A stretch of 37,499 nt of DNA. It comes from Aquificota bacterium (GTDB lineage: Bacteria; Thermosulfidibacterota; Thermosulfidibacteria; Thermosulfidibacterales; Thermosulfidibacteraceae). The notes under the pieces are model-generated. The model made no database searches. It was not told where the DNA came from and was given only the letters and a program-made list of their open reading frames with translations. The stretch lies in assembly GCA_015494645.1 (NCBI GenBank), contig WGAU01000030.1, positions 1-37,499 of the forward strand, given 5' to 3'. Made by a program: the position numbers and the translations under genes. Numbering within the stretch: the stretch's first letter is position 1; each line of letters begins with the position of its first letter. This document shows, piece after piece, positions 32,372-37,499 of the stretch.

Positions 32372-33373
32372 CTACCTCACCACCACCCTTCCACTACCCT
32401 TAACTACGTATCCTACACAGGGATACCTGTACAGTCCAGCCCTATCCTCGGGAACGGCCACGAGAAGTCCTCCGGAAGTCTGCGGATCAAAAAGGACCAT
32501 CTCCCAATCTCCCACATTCCTTTCAAACACCACCTTCTGGGAAAAGTATTCCCTATTCCTGTATGCTCCTGCGGGAATAAGTCCCATGGAAGCATACTCA
32601 AAGGCCTCTTCAATAACAGGGATTTTCTCCACCTCCACCACAATATCAAACTCACCGGAAGAGCACATCTCAAGGGCATGGCCGATAAAGCCAAATCCTG
32701 TAACATCTGTTGCGGCAACAGCTCCCACCTCAAGCATCTTCAACGAAGCCTCTTTATTTAATTTCCTCATAGACTCAACAGCTTTCTCCACCGCCTCTTC
32801 TGAAGCAAGACCGGCCTTTATGGCAGTGGTAACTATCCCAACCCCTAGGGGCTTTGTTAGATAGAGCAAAGCACCTTCTTCAAGGGTACTGTTTCTCACC
32901 ACCCTTTCCGGATGAACCCTGCCCACAACACACAATCCGTATTTCGGCTCCTCATCATCTACACTGTGCCCTCCAACAAGGAATGCCCCTGCTTCCTTAA
33001 CCTTCCTCAAACCTCCCACCACAACGCCCCTTGCAACCTCCGCAGGAAAAGCACAGGGAAGACAGAGGATATTCAGGGCAAACCAAGGGTCTCCCCCCAT
33101 GGCGTAAACATCACTTAAAGCGTTGGCAGCGGCTATTTCGCCGAAAAGCTCCGGATCATCCACCACAGGAGTGATAAAATCAACAGTAGCTACAAGGGCA
33201 AGGTCATCCGCTACCTTTACAACTGCCGCATCCTCAAAACCACCAAGTCCGGCAAGTACCTCCTCACCTAAAGGTAAAGCCAACCCCTCCAGAACTTCTG
33301 CAAGGTCCGCCGGACCTATCTTGGCCCCTCAGCCAGAGGCCTTAACCATCTGGGTAAGCTTTATTTCCTTCAT
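32372..33373 (-). CDS. selD: Selenide, water dikinase (selenophosphate synthetase), a selenoprotein with an in-frame UGA
   Basis: The track's ORF (TTG at 33283) is truncated. Reading the same frame upstream gives [30 protein letters not shown]..., which matches the SelD N-terminus (E. coli ..IRLTQYSHGAGCGCKISP..). The TGA falls at the catalytic Cys/Sec position. ATG at 33371-33373 overlaps the yedF TGA. PurM-like domains follow. Confidence 0.85.
33304..33316 (-). other. SECIS-like hairpin 3' of the selD UGA
   Basis: The mRNA reads GGUCC-GGC-GGACC starting 12 nt after the UGA. A possible outer pairing CAAG/CUUG extends it. This is the position expected for a bacterial SECIS. Confidence 0.5.
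33329..33331 (-). other. Selenocysteine (UGA) codon of selD
   Basis: This in-frame TGA is codon 15 of the extended selD reading frame. It aligns with the active-site Cys/Sec of SelD. Confidence 0.8.
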
Positions 33374-33948
33374 ATCCTCACCACGGAAGCAGATCCCAAC
33401 AGGCTCTCAACGGTATCGTACATATTGGTCACACTTCCCACCACAAGCTTATCCTTCAAACCAAAGTACTCCAAACATGTGCCACAGGATAATATCTCTA
33501 CTCCTTCTCTCTCAAGTTCCTTCAAAACATCCGCCACTTTAGAGCCTTCGGTGGTAAGATAGACACCGCGATTTATAAAGATAAGTTTTTTAGGCTTTAC
33601 TGAAGACTCTCTCAAAGTCGCTATAAACGCCCTTATTAGAATCTGGCCAAGCTCCCTATCCTCACCCATGGAATCTGACAAAAAGATCATGACCTTATCG
33701 GATGTTGTTTTGTCTTCAACCTGAGGTAGAGAACAGGCGTATCCCTTGGTGATAATAAGGCGATACCCCCACTCCTCCTCTTTAATTTCAAGCGAGCACC
33801 CCTGCTTCTGAGCAAACCTCGCCACATTCTCCTTAGAAGCGGGATTGTCAACAAGCACCTCTACAATGCCCTCTTCAATGCCCTCAAGGGCCTCTTTGGT
33901 CATGAGAACCGGCTTGGGACAGGCACATCCTCTCGCATCAACAACCAT
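33370..33948 (-). CDS. yedF: Selenium metabolism protein YedF (TusA-like N-terminus plus DsrE-like C-terminus)
   Basis: CACPKP is the TusA-type Cys motif. The C-terminal DsrE/DsrF-like domain gives the architecture of the selD-associated YedF family. ATG at 33948 with a GGAGG SD is preferred over the track's GTG at 33954. Confidence 0.75.
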   Translation of the reverse strand: MVVDARGCACPKPVLMTKEALEGIEEGIVEVLVDNPASKENVARFAQKQGCSLEIKEEEWGYRLIITKGYACSLPQVEDKTTSDKVMIFLSDSMGEDRELGQILIRAFIATLRESSVKPKKLIFINRGVYLTTEGSKVADVLKELEREGVEILSCGTCLEYFGLKDKLVVGSVTNMYDTVESLLGSASVVRI

Positions 33949-35107
33949 TTCCACCCTCCGCTATGCTTTTCACAGCATCAACGGCAAGCTTCACATCCTC
34001 TTCACTGTTGAAGGGTCCCAAAGAAAACCTAACAGTACCTTTGGGATATGTACCATAGGCCTTGTGCGCCCACGGAGCACAGTGAAGCCCAGGCCTTGAA
34101 GCGATGCCAAACTCCCTGTCAAGGACAGAAGAAACCTGGGCAGCATCCATCCCTTCTATTACGAAAGATACCACAGGCACCCGCTTATCAATCCTCTCCA
34201 GATCGGCAAAAACCCTCACTTTAGATATACCTTTAAGTCCCTCAACAAGAGACTCAAAAAGTCCCATCTCATGTTTTCTAATCTTCTCCACTCCCTTCTC
34301 AATTACCCACTCAATACCAGCTTGAAGACCTGCAAGGCCATGCACATTCAATGTCCCACTCTCAAACCTGTCCGGCAAGACATCGGGTTGCTCATCAAGT
34401 TCTGAATAACTCCCCGTACCTCCCCTGATCATAGGAGCGAGTTGATACGCAGCAGGGATGAACAGACCGCCTACCCCCTGAGGACCAAGAAGCCCCTTAT
34501 GTCCGGTGAAGACAACAAAGACATTGTCAAAATCTCCTACATCAAAGGGATAGGCGCCCAAGGTCTGGGTTGCATCAACCACCACAGGGACTTTGACCTT
34601 ACGAGCCACCTCCTCAAAAGGCGTAACCACGCCAAATACATTGCTGGCATGATTTATGCAAATAACCCTCGTCTCCGAATCCACGAGGGAAAGGATGCTT
34701 TTCGGCTCAACATAGCCCGAAGGAGAAGTCCCAGCGATACGAAGCTCTATTCCATTTCTCTTGCACCAGTACTTCAGGGGCCTTGCCACTGCATTGTGCT
34801 CCAACGCAGTGGCCACAACATTTCCCCCGCTAACCTCAGAAAGCAATCCGTAAATGGCAAAATTTGCCGCATAGGTAGCGTTCATGGTGAAGATTACACG
34901 TTCAAGATGATCCACATTGAGAAGCTCAGCGATAAGTTTTCTGCACCTATAGACAATTCTTGCCGCCTCTACAGAAAGTATGTGTCCGGAACGCCCCGGA
35001 TTTCCCCCAATACCTTTCCCGTATTCCAAAAGTTTCTCCCAAACACTTTCCGGTTTGGGGAAGGAAGTAGCAGCGTTGTCAAGGTAGCAAACGTTCAAAG
35101 CCCTCAT
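33938..35107 (-). CDS. Class-V aminotransferase: cysteine desulfurase / selenocysteine lyase-like, selD-associated type
   Basis: 389 aa. It has the PLP-lysine region [12 protein letters not shown] and a C-terminal active-site region [10 protein letters not shown]. Confidence 0.8.
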   Translation of the reverse strand: MRALNVCYLDNAATSFPKPESVWEKLLEYGKGIGGNPGRSGHILSVEAARIVYRCRKLIAELLNVDHLERVIFTMNATYAANFAIYGLLSEVSGGNVVATALEHNAVARPLKYWCKRNGIELRIAGTSPSGYVEPKSILSLVDSETRVICINHASNVFGVVTPFEEVARKVKVPVVVDATQTLGAYPFDVGDFDNVFVVFTGHKGLLGPQGVGGLFIPAAYQLAPMIRGGTGSYSELDEQPDVLPDRFESGTLNVHGLAGLQAGIEWVIEKGVEKIRKHEMGLFESLVEGLKGISKVRVFADLERIDKRVPVVSFVIEGMDAAQVSSVLDREFGIASRPGLHCAPWAHKAYGTYPKGTVRFSLGPFNSEEDVKLAVDAVKSIAEGGNGC

Positions 35108-35303
35108 TGTAAACAGACTCCACTTTCAAACCTTTCAAAACTTCCATTACCCTTTCAAGAGGCTCCTCTGTCTTTATGCACAGACCACAGCCAGCAGATA
35201 TACTCTTGGGAACAGGCATAAGCTCACAAGATAACCCACACTCCAACATCCTCTCTTCCGCTTTAAGGGCCTCAGTGGTACTATGAAACACTACATAGAT
35301 CAT
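35079..35303 (-). CDS. DUF3343-family small protein (putative Se/S carrier)
   Basis: The sequence [47 protein letters not shown] fits the DUF3343 pattern of an FHST N-terminus and a C-G-L cysteine. ATG at 35303 is preferred over the track's TTG at 35369. Confidence 0.65.
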   Translation of the reverse strand: MIYVVFHSTTEALKAEERMLECGLSCELMPVPKSISAGCGLCIKTEEPLERVMEVLKGLKVESVYNEGFERLLP

Positions 35304-35383
35304 CTGAAGAATGAAATACTCAACCGACAACTGATTTTCAAATTGAATAGACAAAAACAGAAGGATCAAAGAATAGAAAAAAG

Positions 35384-36559
35384 CTATTTCATAAGGAGAG
35401 CAACCCTTTCGTCCAACCTATCAAGCTGGGCTTTCACATACTCCAGGGCTTTGCCTTTAAGACGCCTTTTAACCACCCTCCTCACCCTAACCCTTGAATG
35501 CCTTGCAAGGAACCTAAGCGGGTTAACGAACCTTCCGTTCACTTTTATGCGAAAGTCCAAGTGGGGACCTGTGGCAAGTCCAGACATTCCCACATAACCA
35601 ATAACCTGTCCTTTCCTCACCCTGCTACCTACTTTTATACCTTTTGCGTATCTCGATAAATGAGCGTACTGCGTAACTATACCGCCTTTGTGTTTAATCT
35701 TTATTAACCTACCGTACCCACCGTACCACCCCTTGTATATAACCACACCGTCAGCCACACTCTTAACCGGTGTTCCCATGGGAGCCGCGTAATCCACTCC
35801 CAAATGGGGCCTGACGATACCGAGGATAGGGTGAAGCCTGTGCCACGAATACCCGCTAGAAATCCTCTTATACCTCAGAGGTGCTCTCAACCAACTATCA
35901 ACCCCAATGGGCGATGCCAAAAAAGCACCTTTCAACGGATAACCCTTACTGTCGTAATAGGCCCCTTTGTAGTAAACCGCCTCCGCCTTTACCTTCTTCC
36001 CCACATATTTTGCCACAAGGATCCTACCGTACTTTTCGTTCCCAAACTCGTCCCTCAAATGCTCACATATAAAAGCATAGTAATCCCCTGGTCTGGTCCA
36101 TGTGTGAAAATCTATCCTGTGCTTGAATATGCTCACAAACTGATAGGCAAGCTTGGTGTCTCCTGTTTTCTCGTAAATAGAATAAAAGACAGAATCCCCC
36201 TCCTTGAGCACCCCGACAAATACCCTCTTTTCTATCTCCACCTTCCCTTTCTTCTCCATCACGTCCAAGGTTCTGAGATCCACATCGTAGATAACTCCAA
36301 CATCATAGGGAATCTCCAGTCGCACCGGAATTCCATTTTCCCAATCTATGAAGTACTGGAATCCTTCCCTCACGTTGTGCAGATTCACATACCTTTCAAG
36401 GGCTCCAGCAACAAGGGTGGCCTCTTCCCTGCTTATGTAATGGTCAACCAGCGAATCAACAAAACTCTCGCCCTTTTCAACCATTACCTTTTGAAGTTGT
36501 GCCTGGGATAAAACGGGAAAGAAAAGTACAAGCAAGAAAACAATTACTTTCCTAAGCAA
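35384..36559 (-). CDS. M23-family metallopeptidase (LytM-like), secreted
   Basis: The C-terminal M23 motifs are [14 protein letters not shown] and [15 protein letters not shown]. The signal peptide reads [24 protein letters not shown] at 36559 with GAGGGAGGA upstream is the probable start. The track's TTG at 36625 and the ATG at 36613 are alternatives. Confidence 0.8.
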   Translation of the reverse strand: MLRKVIVFLLVLFFPVLSQAQLQKVMVEKGESFVDSLVDHYISREEATLVAGALERYVNLHNVREGFQYFIDWENGIPVRLEIPYDVGVIYDVDLRTLDVMEKKGKVEIEKRVFVGVLKEGDSVFYSIYEKTGDTKLAYQFVSIFKHRIDFHTWTRPGDYYAFICEHLRDEFGNEKYGRILVAKYVGKKVKAEAVYYKGAYYDSKGYPLKGAFLASPIGVDSWLRAPLRYKRISSGYSWHRLHPILGIVRPHLGVDYAAPMGTPVKSVADGVVIYKGWYGGYGRLIKIKHKGGIVTQYAHLSRYAKGIKVGSRVRKGQVIGYVGMSGLATGPHLDFRIKVNGRFVNPLRFLARHSRVRVRRVVKRRLKGKALEYVKAQLDRLDERVALLMK

Positions 36560-36688
36560 GCTCCCATCCTCCCTCAAAATCAAACCACCTTGTAAAAAGC
36601 TACAGCAGGCCATCCCTCCTGTCAAGCTTGACTATTCTCACAAGAAAAGCCACACTTATCCTAATAGTTCCAAGCAGGGAGGCAAGGT

Positions 36689-37423
36689 ATGAAGAGGTTA
36701 ACCATCGCAGCAGCCATATTTCTAACTCTTTTAACGGGATGCTCATCCTATCAAGAAACCGTTCAGCCTATAAAGATACCCCAGTATCAGAGCAAAAAGG
36801 TTGAAGTTAACGGTGCCTATATCATCGCAGAAGCCTACGTTGAACCTAAAATAGCCAAAGAAAAGTTCGGCTTTGACATAAGAGGGGCGGGAATAATACC
36901 GGTGCAGGTGGTTATACAGAACAACGGCAACCACACTATTCTTATAGACGAGGAACAAACCTTCCTGATTGATGAGAAGGGTCAAGGGTGGCCTCTTTTA
37001 AGCTTTGAGCAGGTGTACAACAGGATTAAAGATAAAGTAGAAATCGGAGAAGCCGTGCAGGGAGCCAAAAAGCCTTCCATACTGGGAGCTGCAGCGGGGG
37101 CTATCATAGGAGCAGCCATAGCTATTGTTTCTGGAGAAAACGTGGGAAAAGCCACAGGAAAAGGTGCAGCAGCAGGAGCAGCAGCAGGAATTCTCATCGG
37201 AGGAGCACAATCCATGGCCCAAGCAGAGGAAAAAATCAAGGATGATCTCACCCACAAGACTTTAAGAAACAGAGTTATAGCTCCCAAGGAATTAGTTCAC
37301 GGTTTCCTATTTTTCCCAGGAAGAAAAGAAGAAGCGCAATCTGTAAAAGTGCTGAGGCTGGCCCTGAGATTTGATAACAGTCCCCACCCCAAAATAGTTG
37401 AAATACCTCTGAAAAGGATGTAA
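36689..37423 (+). CDS. Lipoprotein with a glycine-zipper membrane segment; function unknown
   Basis: It has a signal peptide with the lipobox LTGC, and a Gly/Ala zipper [19 protein letters not shown]...[26 protein letters not shown] is present. Confidence 0.65.
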   Translation: MKRLTIAAAIFLTLLTGCSSYQETVQPIKIPQYQSKKVEVNGAYIIAEAYVEPKIAKEKFGFDIRGAGIIPVQVVIQNNGNHTILIDEEQTFLIDEKGQGWPLLSFEQVYNRIKDKVEIGEAVQGAKKPSILGAAAGAIIGAAIAIVSGENVGKATGKGAAAGAAAGILIGGAQSMAQAEEKIKDDLTHKTLRNRVIAPKELVHGFLFFPGRKEEAQSVKVLRLALRFDNSPHPKIVEIPLKRM

Positions 37424-37452
37424 GTCTTTCCTCAAACCAAACGGGGGTAGTA

Positions 37453-37499
37453 GTCATGATTTGGAACGACGAATACGAAACCATGCCAAGGGAGGCTCT
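37453..37499 (+). CDS. Phenylacetate-CoA ligase / coenzyme F390 synthetase-family protein, N-terminal fragment; runs off the right edge
   Basis: The fragment begins MIWNDEYETMPREA, which matches the conserved PaaK-family N-terminus. A GGGGGTAG SD is upstream. Confidence 0.5.

Noticed and set aside
36982-37287. Minus-strand 101-aa and 85-aa ORFs rich in Ala/Pro/Cys opposite the lipoprotein gene
   Set aside because: They are mirror artefacts of the GGN/GCN-rich glycine-zipper coding region on the plus strand.
1-37499. Search for CRISPR arrays, rRNA, tRNA, IS elements and integrases
   Set aside because: No intergenic gap exceeds about 90 nt. No repeated 25-40 nt units with spacers, no tRNA-like cloverleaf regions and no transposase or integrase-like ORFs were seen. 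Direct-repeat scanning was by eye only, so short repeats could have been missed.

Overview
This window is a compact, gene-dense bacterial chromosomal segment with about 45% GC. Most genes sit on the minus strand, and neighbours very often overlap by 4 to 30 nt, frequently as ATGA or TTGA stop/start junctions. TTG and GTG starts are common. The gene content and organisation look like a thermophilic Aquificota-type genome; this is an inference.

The content is mostly housekeeping. It includes the flagellar basal-body genes fliF, fliE, flgC and flgB; ppdK; an atpZ-atpI-atpB-atpE block; glyA, hemL, rpiB, nrdR and ispB; znuCB; and an MtaB-like radical SAM enzyme.

Several things the ORF track does not show are embedded in this:
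(i) A selenium-utilisation cluster: DUF3343, a cysteine-desulfurase-like gene, YedF and SelD. SelD is really a selenoprotein. Its true start lies 90 nt upstream of the tracked ORF, and an in-frame UGA sits at the catalytic Sec/Cys position, followed by a SECIS-like hairpin. The ORF track therefore truncates it.
(ii) A Rex redox repressor translationally coupled to a P-II (GlnB)-like protein that has a degenerate T-loop and B-loop. A near-consensus Rex operator lies just upstream of rex.
(iii) An orphan CheR methyltransferase coupled to a stand-alone PilZ protein, in a MapZ/CheR-like arrangement, and to a GT39/ArnT-family glycosyltransferase. A GGDEF cyclase is also present in the window.
(iv) A TtuA-type tRNA thiolase with an overlapping ThiS-like carrier whose C-terminus is -RG rather than -GG, and a TIGR01212 radical SAM gene directly upstream of them.
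(v) An unlisted 59-codon ORF wedged by ATGA overlaps between ligT and dgt.
(vi) An AMMECR1-AmrS pair without Memo.
(vii) An archaeal-type NMNAT next to CinA/PncC.

I saw no rRNA, tRNA, CRISPR array or mobile element. Intergenic space is almost nil.
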